Assembly: GCA_013239625.1 (NCBI GenBank)
Contig: MU056000.1
Coordinates: 12,227,175 to 12,291,174, forward strand
Direction: 5' to 3'
DNA: 64,000 nt
DNA from: Lama guanicoe
Taxonomy: Eukaryota
Both the position numbers and the translations under genes were made by a program. Under the pieces are notes generated by a model, which had not been told where the DNA came from, made no database searches, and was given only the letters and a program-made list of their open reading frames with translations. This document shows positions 1 through 14,074 of this stretch, piece after piece (positions within the stretch are counted from its first letter, which is position 1; each line of letters begins with the position of its first letter).

Positions 1-3000
1 CCTCACAAGGAGGATGTGGCTTAGAAGTGGGGTGACCTCCTTTCCCACAGCCCCCCAGAGAGGTGATCATGGGAAGAATGTGGTTCCCTAATCTCACCAC
101 AGTGGCAGCCTGGATTGGAGTTCAGCAAAGTTGGAATCAGGCAACAGAGGACTTGCACACCATCCCGAGTCCCCATCACAGGTACCCGAACAGGCCTTTG
201 CAGACAGACTAGGTAACCAATCCCTCACGCATATTACTGAGTCTTTAGGAAAAGTGGTTCTAAGTAACAGGCCTTTAAGTGAATTTGAGATGAAATGAAC
301 CTCAGTCACAAACCAGCAACTGCCGGAATTTGTTCCAACAAACTGCTTCTGCTTTTTCTACTGCAACTCCACCTGGCATTAAACGGTGCCACGTCTGATT
401 CCCACGGATAATCTTCTGAACGGCTTTGTTTTCAAACAACATCTTTACATACATTTTCCACAAAATGACACTTACAATAAAGGTATAGTAGTTAAGCCTC
501 AAAAAAAAAAAAAAACCCTGAGTTTTGATTGCACCCCTTTTCCCCATCACCTCTCCCAGTCTTAAGTTACCACCTGGTCTGAGCTTAACATCCAGCACTG
601 GTTTGCTGACTGCTTTCCATATTCATGGGTATCAAGAATGGAAGACAGTATTCTGTTTACCTTCAAGTATGAGCAATTTGATTTCCTAAAAGTAACCACA
701 AAGTTGAAAGCAATAGTAGGTCCAACAGTACAAAAGTCAGCCCTTCTCTTTGTGCCTGGTCACTGGGAAGGGTTCCCGGGAGAAGCAGGAAGGGTCTGGA
801 TAAACCACAGGCCGACACAGGCACCAGTCGGCTGAGCTACTCCGAGCAGAGCCTGGAATCCAGAAGTCGACCGCGGATAGGAGGCGCAGGCAGGTCAGAG
901 GCAGGCTTGAGCCCAAATAAATACACTGAGTCTAAGGGATGGGAAGAGGAGGTTCACTGAATGGACCCAGGGAGGAAAGATGAGGCTGAAGTCGAGAGAT
1001 AACCACAAAGGAGAAAGCCAACAATTTGGCCCAACCAAGGACAGGAGGCCACAGAAGGTCATGACCCAGGGCAGAGGTCATTTGCGCTCTCCTGCAAAAT
1101 CATTTGTGTGTGTGTGGTCAGTCAGGGCCTCGCAGGGGCCAGGAAATACTGCTAATAGCGACCTCATTCTCTCTCCACCCACCCACCCACCCCCTGGGGG
1201 AGCCAGACAGGGAGGGGCCCCAGCAGTCAGTCCAAAGGGAACTGTTCTGAAAGAAAGGGTCAAAAATAAGCTGGATTCCTAATCCACTTAAGCTGGATTC
1301 ACTTAAAGGAGCAGAGACAGGGGCTCTTAAGGTCTTACAATGGGTTTTTCAGAGGTGCCAGCGAGGGCAGATGACAGAAGTGGTGTGCGCCCTTGGCAGG
1401 CTAAGGTCTCCATCACCTGACACAGCCCACACTCCTCAGAACACCAACGTATCCAGTGTTTGTCCCTGTAAACAGCTCCCTGTTTTGGTGTCGTTGATGA
1501 AGCGTATAGAATTATCACCTCAGGTTTCAAAAGGCCAAACTTTGGGAAAATATTCTGAACCCAACTTAACAGCCACCCACTCCCCCTTATAAAAGGAAAA
1601 TGCAATTTATATATTTTTGGAGTCTATCAAGTGAAATAATTCCTTTGAAAAAGGAATCCCCTTTAATGAGTTTCAGGGCTCTTTATTTCACTCCGATCCT
1701 ATGGCCAGGAGGGAAGTAACACAGAGGAACTCCCACCATGACTTTAGGACCAGAGGCTTTTCCTTTTGTCACTTGCAGGCCCTTAAGACATGTGTGCTCT
1801 GTTGAGACAGTTATCATATAACGTTCTGATAGAGAAATGACATCATTCTAATGTTTGGTTTCACACTGACTACAGAGATACACCATGCACTCGGTACATG
1901 AGTGCCTCCGTGGACCAGGCTTTGTGCCGAGATGCTAAGAACACACAAATGATATACCCTCGATCTCAGAGAGCATGGTGAGGAGAGGCAGAGAAAAAAA
2001 AAATCAAACCAACACGCACGATACAATGTCAAGGTGGTGGCTCTTCTGGATGGAGAGGCTGAGAAAGCCTCTGAAAAGGTCTCCACCCCTGAATGAAGGT
2101 GGGAGGGGCAGGCACACCTGCAGGAACCTGCCCAAAAGGCCAAGGCAAGCCCACAGCCTGCCTGCGTGACCATCTCTTCCCAACTTACAGTGAGCGAGTG
2201 TCCACGCGGAGCTCTGCAAACTTACACATAAGCACATGTTTTTTTCCTGGCGCTAAGTGCACTAACGATCAGATGTTTTTTGTTTTTTTTTCTATTGTCC
2301 CAGAGCGAAAATTAATGGAAACATCTGACTTTCCATCTTTGAGCCACAAGATGCCAAACCAGATTCTTGGAAGAACTCTAGAGAGTCAATCACATGGCTT
2401 TCAGGCATAAAAACATTTTTTTTTTCACTCTAAACCAAGTTGGACAAACTGCATTCTACTTGTTCTTTAAAGCAAGACTGAAAGTCCCAGAGGTGTTCAG
2501 CCTCTGGGGGATTGACTCTTGATTCTAAGAAACTCCCCGGGCTGGTGTTTGCCATCCATCTCAGAGACGGGTATTTCCAGGACGAAATAGCAAAATGTGG
2601 GAAAAGCACAGAATGTAAGAGCTGCTCAGTTCAGCGGTGTGTTTTTAATACAGCAGCACTATTTTGATGGAAGTGAATTCCAAGAACAATAGATGGACCC
2701 GTACTGAAGTTTCAACAAAGGGAACCAAATACATCTGATTTTTTAAAAAGTATCTGCCACTTGCCACCGGCATGTCCCTCTTTTCTCTTTTTGAATGGCT
2801 GTGCAGCCACCTTGACCCACCCATAGGAGCCCTACCACCCACCCAACGCCCACATCACAAGGCCAACGCCAAATGCTCACTGGTGGTCAGCAGATCTCAG
2901 TCACCATCCAATTCTCCATCCTCAGACTCTGGAGCTAGGTCTAAAGCAGTTCTTTCTTGATGGTGTCTATTTCTTCAGAAAAGATACAAACAAGAATTTC

Positions 3001-3064
3001 TACGTTCTTTTGTATCTAAAAGCAGCACAAGGAAAGGTATCCAAGAGAAAAGTAGTTCAAAAAC

Positions 3065-3240
3065 AAACTGCATAGAGAGTTAGTATTTAATGGTCACAGA
3101 GCTTCTGTTCGGGGTGATGAAAAAGTTTTGTAAATAGTGATGATGGTTGCACACATTACGGATGTAATTAATGCCATCCACTTTTACACTCAAAAATGGT
3201 TCAAACGGTCAAGTCTACGTAATTTATATTTACCACAACA
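3065..3240 (+). mobile_element. Old L1 (L1MA/MB-type) 3' UTR fragment
   Basis: Contains gatgaaaaagttttg...gtgatgatggttgcacac...tttaccacaa, typical of an L1M 3' end. Confidence 0.7.
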
Positions 3241-6200
3241 AACACACACACACACAGGAAAATCCAAGTTCCAGTTAAAAAAAATCATATATTTATCCAT
3301 TCATTTTTCTTTCAACTCAAATTTGGACATTTGCAGCAGAGATCAATCATAGCAAATTATTTTAGACACCCATCCAAAACACTGAAAACCCCAAAAGGGA
3401 TACAAATGTCACAGCTGTGAACACACACAAATATACACACAACAACAATGGAATTCGAGGTGGCAGTGGTACCCAAAAGCCAGGGCTGCGTATTGTTTTA
3501 GGGATATGCTTTGCCTCTCAACTGGACTGCAAAAAAACTACTTTGTTCAACTGTACTGCACGCCATCAGACAAATTCTATCTTTAAATCATGAACATATG
3601 GACAAGCTAAAACACAAAATTAAAATAGAGGGCAATTAACATACTCTTAGGCTCGGCAACCCACAGGAAACTGCCGAAACTCAACTCTCTCATTCTGTAG
3701 AGACAGCAATTTCACACGGTTCAACTGAACCCCAGGTTAATTTGGCTGGAAGCGTCAACTGCAGTACAGAGGACACCTGAGAGGCTATAGGGAGCAAAAA
3801 TATAATCTATGTTTCTCTCCTTTTGAGAAAAAAATGGGTAAGATTTCCCCAAAATAAGCACATCAGTATGAAAATGTTTCTCTTTACCAAAAAGGAGATA
3901 AAAAAGATGAGAAGGGGGTAGAATACACTTTTTTGTTATTTAAACAACATAAAAGCAAGGGAATTACGTGCAGTACAGTTGACCAGAGAGACTCTTCCCT
4001 GCTGTCCCAGAGTTTGGATCTGCGAGTCACAGTACCCTAATGCCACTACTTCTCCATCATCAGTGTTGCCCCTCCAAACTCCTTTCCCTCCATCTTCAGA
4101 AGTTTAGCTGTCTCCCTGCTGGTTTCTCCCCACCTTTCCCCCCGGGGGACTTCAGATGGCCCCACCAGATTTGGGGGGCCGTGCCAACTGCTGCTCACTC
4201 ACTTTCCATCCGCTCACGTAGAAGGAGTTGGCCGGTGAGACCTCTCTACCCAGGCAGCTGCCTTCACCAACAGCTGGCTTTGCGTGTGAAGCCAGGAATG
4301 CAGCTTCTGCAGCGCATTCCTGGGCTGGGGGTGGGGAGGCGGGGAGCATGTGCAATCAGCATCCTTTCAGATGAAATTCTTAACTTGGTTAAAATATCCA
4401 GGCTCCTCCACTTCCCTCTGCAGTCACATCTGACCTGTTCCCACCTAACACTTAAAATCACTGAGCTCTAGCTGCCCCATTCCTGACTGTCAGTGGGGTC
4501 GCAGGGTGTTACTTGGAGCTCTGAAATGGGAGACATGCTAGCCGGTCCCACGGTCAGTTTTCCAGCCCTCAACAGGCTTGAGGGAGACTCGTGCGCAACA
4601 CAGGAGTGAACCCATACGGTGTGTGGAGAGGGAGTGAAGAAGCTGCCACATCCCCAAGACATTCAAGGACACAAAAAGGCACCAAAGAGGGCAAAGTGAA
4701 GGGGGAAAAAGGCAAAACAAAGCATCTGGACAGAGCAGAGAGTGAAAAATGACAAAAACGCAATGAAAAACCACGACACCAACCCATTATCAAGTTTCAC
4801 AAAATTGGTCCCATAGTATAAATGCCAATAAGTCAAAGTGAAGGTCGAACCCAAAAGGTTAGAGATGGCTCTCAATGGGAAATGTGATTATAAATAGTTA
4901 GGGTCGTGTTTCCCGTGTGGCCTGAGAAAGTCTATCTTGGGGGGTGGGGACAACTTGTAAGTACCAGGCGATCGAATGGCCTTTTCCTAAAAAGAGAATA
5001 ACTTTTAAAACCAAGTCTAATTATACTTCGTGCAAATAAGAAGAGAAGGGCACAGAGGAGGGAAGGCACAGACATGGATTGGGACGGTTAATTCCCCAGT
5101 CCATAATGTGTTTCAGGAGACCCCATAACAGACAACGCAAACAGAAAACCCAACGGAATCCTTGCAGAGAGTAATCGCCTTGATTACGCTGACTGGGGTA
5201 GGTTCAATAACTACCCCTTAAAATGCCATTTTATTGTAACTTGATATCACTCTGAGCTATTTCAGAGCCATCAAATTAGGCTCTTTTTGGAAAGGATAAA
5301 ACAGTTGACTCTCAAAGTGAAAAAATCTAATTTAGAACTTCTTAGCTCATTCTACATTCTCTTCCAAAAAAGCGCTTCAGTGATAGCCCACGCGCCTGAT
5401 GATGGTTTTGGAAAAGACAAGCATTCAGTGCCGACTTCCCTCCTACGCTTTCCACAAGAGTCCATTTTTAGCCACATTTACACCCTGCAGAAAACGGTGT
5501 TGTGTTTCTGAAACTCTGTCCAGAGCTCACTATGCAAGAGGACAAGTCATCCCTAACTTTCAGAGCAGTGCTGACCTGCCCATGTGCTCCGTTCTCCAGA
5601 GGCCCCGAATATGCTCTTTTATTTTTTCAACAAAGCATGTTAGCAGGTCACTTGCACATTTCTTTTTCCGCCTGCAAATACTTCACAGCGAGTGTAACAT
5701 AAAAGTTATGAGTCAAATGGGAATGTTTCGGTCCTCTGTATTCCTGGGACCAACCTACAGTAGTTTAAATTTTAGATAAATACAAAACTATACCCCTGGC
5801 CAAAAAAAAACCCACCAAAAACAGCTGAGCGAACATGCAAAACTCTGAGACTGAACAAAATTTTTTTTTAAAAAAAGGGCCCTTTAGGGCTCTCACCAAA
5901 AACACACAATTACCTCCTCTCTACTCCGCATCCCCGAGGTCCCATTCTAGGATTTTACACGTGGCTCTGCTTGGTTTCCAACACTAAACAGGATTTTGAA
6001 TCTGTTCTTTAATCCACCTGAGAATTACTTCACTATGGTCAGCACAATGTCTGGCCACACTTGAGGTGAAATGATTGTTGGAACTGGGGGCAGCCCAGAG
6101 AAAGCAAAAACTTCCAAAAGCTTAGAAAAATTTCCTAGCACTACCTAAAGCCCTCTTCTTTATTTTCACTTCCTCCACAACAGAACTAGCGGTACATGCG

Positions 6201-6296
6201 GGGGATGGGGGTGGGGGGGCGGCTGAGAGTACTTCCCGCTCTTCACGGTGGGCGACTATGACCCTCAGGCCGTTTTCTGCGCTGTCCTGTACATCC

Positions 6297-6456
6297 TCGC
6301 CACTCAAATGTGGATCGGGGACCAGCAGCATCCACACCACCGGGAAACTTGCAGGAAATGCAGACTCTCAGGCCCCACCCTAGATCTGCCAGCAAAATCT
6401 GCATCAGAAACAAGACCCCCAGGTGATTCATATACAGCACATTTTGAGATGCACTG
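6297..6456. mobile_element. MER5A-type hAT-Charlie element
   Basis: Contains ctcaaatgtgg...gaaatgcagactctcaggccccacc...ccccaggtgattcat...tttgagatgcactg. Confidence 0.75.
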
Positions 6457-6607
6457 CTCTAAACCAAACGGGAATTCAACTAACAGCTGTGAGCCATTTA
6501 TGGACTCTAAGAGGTCATATTTCGGGAATATAAAAATTTCCCTCAGCATTCTACTGTACATCAGAAATTGACGCAACATTATAAACTGACTATATTTGAA
6601 TAAATAA

Positions 6608-6640
<33 letters not shown>

Positions 6641-6729
6641 AAATTGTCCTGGAATTGTTTATAAAGACACAGAAAAATACCTATTTGACACCTTTTACCA
6701 GCTACTATTTGACCTCAAACAGTAATATC

Positions 6730-6920
6730 TTTTTTGTTATTGTGGTTAAGATACACATACTAACTTAAAATTTATCATTTTAATCCTAAGTGTACAGTTC
6801 AGTGGTATTAAGTACATTCACACTGTTGTGTAACCATCATCATGATCCTGGCTTTCATCTTACAAAACTAAAACTCTATACCCATTAGACAATAACTCTT
6901 CCTTCTCTCTTTACCCCAGA
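6730..6920 (-). mobile_element. L1MB-type 3' end fragment
   Basis: aagtgtacagttcagtggtattaagtacattcacactgttgtgtaaccatc is the reverse complement of an L1 3' end. Confidence 0.7.
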
Positions 6921-7574
6921 AACACCAATATTTTTAAGACCCTTTAATAACCTACCAAATTGGGTTGAAATTAGCCAATACCCTGAAAAGTTACCATAGG
7001 GTTTACCAGGACAAGGCCATGCTCAACATCTTTGACCCTGATTCCCTCAAGAATCTATCCCTGCCCAGTTCGAGAGCGGGTGTTCCAGTCCCAGGTGCCA
7101 GGACCAGTTAATGGACTTCTCCTGATCCTTGGTGGCTACGCCTGTATGTTCCATAATGAACCTGTGATGTAGGGAGAGGAAGAAGTTGGTCAGGAGAGAG
7201 AGAAACTAGTCCTTTGGCCACTGCTTGTTCTTGATCCACGTCTGAACCCAGTTCTTTCCAACCTGCCCCTCTTCTCTATTTCAAACCCTGTATTTCCTAC
7301 ATGGGTCGCCCAGCTAATTACACTTGTTATACTTGGGGACAACAGAGTAGACAGTGTAAGACCAAGGATTTGCTGACCGATTGAAGATTACGGGTCAAAG
7401 TTGGCAGTTGTTTTCATGTTTCAGTATATACTTTTCTGGTTTAGTTCTTTCTAAACCCACAATCCATAAATACTGGCAAGGGTAAAAACAGAACTGCTGG
7501 CCTGACCATCCCTTTCCACGCCCCCCTCGCCAAGAGCCACCCATCGACCAGCTGGCAATGGTCTCACGTGACAC

Positions 7575-7870
7575 AGACTCCGTTAGGTGAAACAAGCCAG
7601 TAGCCAAAAAGGACAAATACTACATGATTCCACTCCTCCAAGTACCTGAAGTAGTCAAAATCAGAGACAGGAAGTAGAAAGGTGATTACGAAGGCCCGGG
7701 GGAGGAGCGATGGGGAGTTAAGCGTTTGGTGGGTACAGAGTCTCAGGACTGCGAGATGAGAAAGTTCTCGAGATCTGCTGCACAGCAGTGCGACTGTCCT
7801 TGACACTACAGAAATGTGCACTTAAACGTGGTTAGGATGGGGATTTTAATGCTGTGTTTTTTACCACAAC
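7575..7870 (+). mobile_element. L1MA/MB-type 3' end fragment
   Basis: Contains gtgaaacaagccag...aaaggacaaatactacatgattccact...cagagacaggaagtagaa...tttttaccacaa. Confidence 0.75.
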
Positions 7871-8657
7871 TTCTTTTCAGAAATGGCAAAGTTAAAAAAG
7901 AAAAGCAAAGGAAATATCATTAGGATTAAAAAATAATTCGACAAAAAAATTTCATTAAAACCTATTTTACAATCCTTTCTGGGACAGAGGGACATAAGCC
8001 AAGTACACTGTTTACATACTGTTTTCCTTTTTTAAATCATCTTAAAAAGCGTGTATAAGGAACTGAATTTGCATCTGGGAAAAGTGAAAAGGCAACACAG
8101 AGTGAAGGTGACCACTCTACATACAGGAACTTAAACATCTAAGCAGTGCCCTGAAGCAAGGCACTTAGTCTTAGCTTATAGGTGGCACTACACCACCTGA
8201 GAACCCAATGGGAAAGAGACCAGACCGGGCATCGGTGTCTGTGAGACGCGTGGTCTCTCTTCCCTGCCTCTCCCTGCCCCCACCCCCACTCTCCACCTAC
8301 ACAAAACTGCTGTATCTTCACCACCAAATACTGAAGAGCCATTCAAAGACACTCAGACGAAACAGAAACTGAGGAACTGCAAGATAGTCCAGAAACATCA
8401 CTGCTTATGAAGCCTAGAAATGAGGAAGGTACCACCAAGGGGACCATCTCTGCTCAAGGTTTTGATAACCAAGAAGTCCATCAGCCTCAGACTACACAAC
8501 GCTGACCTTGAAGTTTTTGGTCTCAACTTGCAAACAAAATTCAGAAACTATGAGTTTTAAATACTGGCGTATGAAGTCCTTTTAGTTCTTTATGTCATAA
8601 ATTGTAATATGTGTCTTGGAGGGAGGGATCCATTTTTAACATTAAAATTGGCTTCCT

Positions 8658-8867
8658 TTGGGATTAGCAGATGCACACCACTGTATACAAAACAGATAAA
8701 CAACAAGGACCTACTGTTTAGCAGAGGGAACTATATTCAATATCTTGTAATAACCTGTAACAGAGAAGAACCTAAAAGGAATACATATGTATAACTGCAT
8801 CACTCTGCTGTACACCTGAAACTAACAAAACATTGTAAATCAAATATATGTCAATTACAAAATTTTT
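8658..8867 (+). mobile_element. Short 5'-truncated cetartiodactyl-type L1 3' end with TSD
   Basis: Contains aacaaggacctactg...ctgtacacctgaaactaac...cattgtaaatcaa. Degenerate 16-bp TSD at 8642-8657 (ttaaaattggcttcct) and 8868-8883 (ttaaaatttgtttcct). Confidence 0.8.
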
Positions 8868-9536
8868 TTAAAATTTGTTTCCTTCTAAAATGGAGATGCT
8901 GGTCTCCTTTTACAATTGTCCAATGTAATCAGTGAGCCAGATTCTGGATTCAGGTATTTATTTTCAGTGATACGGCTTTTCACTTGTTTTACACTAGACA
9001 ATGGGGAGCCTGGAGCAGTGATTCCCACAAACAGAAGGTGCTTCTTCCGCTGCTCAACAAGGTGGATGAGGAAGCGCAGGTTGGGGGGTTTGGTCCGTTC
9101 TGTCCTTGCAGGGATGAGGACACCACTGCATTCTCCACGGCAGGCCAGTATTTCCAACGCTAGGAATGTTTAAGAACTTTAAAGGAGAGTGGTAACGAAA
9201 TCAATTGGCAAATAACAATGTATTTGAACTTTTTCTCCAATTGCTGGCACCCTGTTACTTCTGATTCTTCCAGATCCCCAGGAAGGACCAGCCAAGTGTA
9301 GTGCTCTCTGTCCCAAACTGGCTGGAACACTTCTATTCTGATTTGGCGGAATTTTTTACTGCCTCACTCACACACTCAAGGGGTGCATTATATACTCCTT
9401 TTTGAGATTCCATTTTTATCACTTAGAAAAAATGTTTAAGGCATGAGGGGCAGGGAGAGAATGCACACATGCCCTTCGGAAGGCCACCCAAGGAAGGAGA
9501 ACCCTGTGTCCCGCAGCGGCAGGCTCTGATGCTCAC

Positions 9537-9635
9537 CTGACCATAGTCTGTCCGGAAGACGACGACGCCCTCGGCACAGGAATCTACAGTACTTGGAAAA
9601 TGCTGGCCATTCTCTCTGAGCCAGACCCGTGCTCC
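9537..9635 (-). CDS. MYO10: Myosin X coding exon 2 (GARVWLRENGQHFPSTVDSCAEGVVVFRTDYGQ)
   Basis: 99-nt phase-0 exon with acceptor tttgttttgtttgcAG and donor GTGAGC. The peptide matches recalled human MYO10 GTRVWLRENGQHFPSTVNSCAEGIVVFRTDYGQ and joins exon 1 in frame. Confidence 0.97.
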
Positions 9636-10517
9636 CTGCAAACAAAACAAACAGGATTTAACTATGAGTCTGCATTGCATTCTGTGGCAAAACACCACCT
9701 TTAAAATTACTATGACTACTGCCTTCCTGAAAAAACCACTTTTTGAAAAGCAGATGTCTTCCTCAAACAAGGAAGGAATGACTCTTCAAAGAAAGTGTTG
9801 TCCACAGCCTTAGTTACGTACAAGTGTGACCAAGAAAGGGTCCCACCAGGCAGAGGAAACAGCACTAAAATGCAACTGATTTATAAGGAGTCTCTCATTT
9901 CAGTAAGGCACCCACTTTGAGGCAAGAACCAGTATCATCCCATTTTATGGATGGAGAACTGGAGGCCTAGAGGTAAAGAAATTTGCTCCACACCACATAT
10001 CCAGAAACCACAAGTTTAACAAGGTCACTGCACTGTTTCATCCTAAGCTGAGAACTCTTTGGGACCCTCAGGCTCCCCTCTTTCCAGGTCCAAGCCCCAT
10101 GCACCTGCCCACTTGGAGGGCATCAGGGCACTCCACTGACTTCCTGGTTGTACCAAAGCCATGTGTCAACTGGACTCTCCAAGAGAGGGACTGAAGTTTT
10201 AGTAAAGATTAGAATCCAATCCAGCAGACACCTAATGCACCCCAAAGTTTGGGATGAGAGCCCAAGAGACAGCAACTTCCAGATCCTACTGTTTTAACCT
10301 GGGGCACGATTTTTTTTAGCATTGACTTCATTTCCATTTTATATTTTCCCACCAGACAAATGAAATGATACTCTTAATATTTAGCTTTTCAATGCTGAAT
10401 TTCCTCTTCCTTTGATTTCACAGCATGAAAACCGTTTGTTTTCAAGGGTGAATGATTACAAAGTTTCAAGAAATTACTGGGTGTTCACTGGTCATTCAAA
10501 TTATAAAGTTCCCTTTA

Positions 10518-10781
10518 TGGGAACTCTTGTACACTGTTGGTGGGAATATAAAACGGGTGTAGCCACTGTGCAAACAGTATAGAAGTTCCTTAAAAAACTA
10601 AAAGTAGAACTATCATATGACCCAGCAATTCCACTCCTGGGTATACATCCAGAAAAAAAATGAAAAGACTAGCTTGAAAAGATACATGCACCCCAATGTT
10701 CACAGGAGCACTATTTACAATAGCCAACACATGGAAGCAACCCAAGTGCCCATCAACAAACAACTGAATCAAGAAGATGTT

Positions 10782-10817
<36 letters not shown>

Positions 10818-11285
10818 CACACAATGAAACATTACTCAGCCATAAAAAAGAAATACTGCCATTTGCATAACATAGATGGACCTAAATAGTATTATGCTTA
10901 GTGAAATAAGTCAGACAAAAGAAAGACAAATACTGTGTGGTATCACTTGTATGTGGAATCTAGAAAATAATACAAATGAATGTATATGCAAAACAGAATG
11001 AGACTCACAGATACAGAAGACAAATCAGTGGTTACCAAAGGGTAGAGGACGGGAGGAGGAACAAATTAAGGGTATGGGATTAACAAATACAAACTACTAT
11101 ATACAAAATAGATAAGCAACAAGAATATACTGTCTAGCACAGGGAATTATATCCATTATCTTGTAATAACCTCTAATGGACTATAGTCTGCAAAAATACT
11201 GAATTACTATGCTGTACACCTGAAACTAACCCAATACTGTAAATCAACTATGCTGTAATTTTAAAAATACTCAATATGAAAAAAA
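10518..11285 (+). mobile_element. L1 3' end (ORF2 tail plus 3' UTR) with internal (TG)n at ~10786-10814
   Basis: Contains acactgttggtgggaat...gacccagcaattccactcctggg...gcactatttacaatagcc...ctgtacacctgaaactaac. Confidence 0.88.
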
Positions 11286-14074
11286 GAATTACTTTTATGA
11301 CTGATGATGTATACCCAATGTAATGCAATAGCTTTAGTATCTCATGTTATTTCTACTCTGCTCAACAATTTCATCAACTCCAACAAAGATGGAACAGTGG
11401 AAATACGATACCAAAATTATCATCTGACATAGCAGTTACACTGAACTTCTTTTCCTAGAACTTTCGATCTCATTTCATCGGTCTGCTTAACTTCTGTTAC
11501 AATTTAAAATGTTAAATGAAATATTCAAAATACATTGGCTAAACATTCAACTTCTAGTTCGAGGGACTACTACTGTTCTGTTAACACAGATGGCAGATGA
11601 TAAATATTATAGAAGTAAACTAAGTAAACTCATTTTACGCTAGTTTAAATTGTGTTCTTGATACCATAAACAGTAGCTTAGTAATGGAGTGTCCACGGGG
11701 TGTCACAGTCACGTGCTAAGAGCCTCAAAATAATAGTAGCACTAACCTAACCCTCGGTAAGACAGGAATTCCCACCCCAAAACTGAGGTTCACAACTTAA
11801 GTCCCTGCCTAATGTCACATAGCTGGTGACCAAGCCAGGTCTCAAATCTTTCCAATTCCCAGATCCATGCTCTTTCCACACACTACACTATTTGACTCCT
11901 TCAAATAATTCATTAATAAATAAAATGCATCGATAGGTCAGTCAACAACTAAAATATAACCACACACAAAGGTCCCTCTAGGTAGCCAATTATCACACCC
12001 AACTCCTTCTAGAAGGAAAATTTAAGTTAGAAAAATCCAACTTACAATTTACTCCCTCAGTGCCAATGATGACCCTGTTTAAAACACACCAGCCAGGACC
12101 TAAAACATCTGTCGTCACCACTGTTACTCGGGATCCTCACTTACTCAACCTCGAGTGTGATGAAAGCATTTGGGGAACAGCAAGCTGGACCTCCGGGCTC
12201 TGGAAGGAGTGGGACCCAGAGGCGGGGCCACAGGTACAAGCATTTGCAAGAAGTTCAAGGTGGCTGGAGCCCAAGGCTGAAATGGCATTGGCTGCAATTC
12301 CCCTTGTGAGTTCTGCGACTCTCCTGGCAGCCCCTACTAGGACCCTACACAAGGCCCTCCCCGTGGGCGTCCCCTCTCTCTTTATTGTGAGAATTTTAAG
12401 TTGTCAACTCTAAACTTCTTCAATCCTCCACGATGAAGATGGAAAACAACATCAAAAACGAATAGGAAGTGTTTCTCTATAAATTCTGAAGACTGCCTTC
12501 TTTAAAGAACACGATAACGCCAACGGGACGAGTTCCCATCCCCGCACAAGTCAGTCACATACCAATGATTCCCACTTTGGGCTGAGACACAGGTCCCCAA
12601 CTTCCAGAAAGAATGACACAACTGATTGTCAGTCCTGATTTCTTTATGAGCAAACAGCTGCTTTCTCAAAAGAACGTTTACTGCAAGCATCTCTGACTGC
12701 TTTCAAGTATCATTCCACACCAAAACCACAGTATCTGTAATGCTCTAGAAAGAGACTTCCAAGTACCTGAACCACTTTTGCATCCTTTTTCAAACCCACA
12801 TGTCAGAGACTGCAACATGGGAAGCTTTGAAATACCTATACGTACACACACATACACGCAAATGAAAATTTTCAAAGTCATAAAGAAATTTACTTATTAG
12901 GTAAAAATTATAAAATAATTCAGTGGACCTCCATCCCACAATCCTGAATCCAAAGCTTTCTGTTTGCTACAACTATCGCCTGCATCATTTTATCAAAAAG
13001 GATTTCACGTATGTGTTTCTCAATGATCAAAATCCTCCACTTAGTATGAATTAAGATTACGTTACGAAACATTATTGAATTACTATAAATTGTCCCCAGG
13101 ATTAGTGTAAACCTTCCGACTCCCAGAGGCTACACAGCTTACAGTTTCTTTTACTTGAGTTTTGCTGTGGTTCTTTTCAACCTTCTCACTTGAAAGTATT
13201 ACAAAGCCCTTTGTTGACACAGTCCTACACGATCAAACACACAGTGCAACTTCCGGAGTCCAAAGGTCTTTCTCAACAGGTGTGAAGAGCTGCTGATAAA
13301 CAAGTTCTACAAAACCTAGCCCAGATTTCAAATCTAGAGCCCACTGGCTGGTATTTCTCAACCTACAGTGGAGTCCTCCACAGGTAGAAAGGGAAATACA
13401 TTCAAAACATGCCCTTTGTTCTTTGAAAAAGTTTAAACAGGCATTTTCATAGAATCAAAATTGCAAAGTCAAACTGTTGAAATGGATATTTTTATACAGA
13501 TTGTTCTGGGTGGTTTCTCTCAGCCCCCAAACTTTCTGTTCCCTTCTATTTGAATAGAACACATATGCCCAGGTCCAGCAAAGAGGCCACCCACAGGCAC
13601 TGGAAAACAAAGTCACAGACATTTACCAGACCATCCAAGTTTGAGTGGGGAATAAAAATTTGCCCGCCATATGCAAACCATTATATCCTGTCATTGTTAA
13701 ATAAGGCTGATAATTTAAGTACAATGCAGGCATATGGAGAAAGCTCCCAGCATATAGAGAAAACTCACTATTGGAGAAAAATATGCCTCTAAAAGCAGGT
13801 GGAAGAAGTTTGATCATGAAATACATGTTTTATTAAATCTTGGGACATTTTCACCTTAATCTGAGACAATATGTGTTAAATTAAACTTCTAAAAACTTTT
13901 CTGCACATCACCAGCAACAGTTTTACAAGACAAAGCACTTGCATATAAATTCCCATTTCTTTGATCTTCAGAACAATCCTCTAAGATAGGGAAGTAAGTA
14001 ATACCTTCCCTTCTTCAAAAACGAGGTTCATAGGCATTCCATTTTTCCACTGCCAGCAAAAGATTTCCTGACTC

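Larger units (their letters stand above)
1..9536 (-). other. MYO10: MYO10 intron 2 (partial; exon 3 is outside the window)
   Basis: Starts at the GTGAGC donor. The expected exon 3 peptide (VFTYKQSTITH..., recalled) is not seen in the window. Confidence 0.85.

Noticed and set aside
9423..9770. 115-aa ORF as a standalone gene
   Set aside because: Only 9635-9537 is the MYO10 exon; the rest is intronic read-through.
10590..10889. ORFs over L1 sequence (also 16765-17327, 21351-21575, 59245-59466)
   Set aside because: Truncated L1 ORF2 tail or 3' UTR fragments, not genes.
10501..11300. Possible TSD for the 10.5-kb L1 (aaagttccctttatg / gaattacttttatg)
   Set aside because: Too many mismatches to call.
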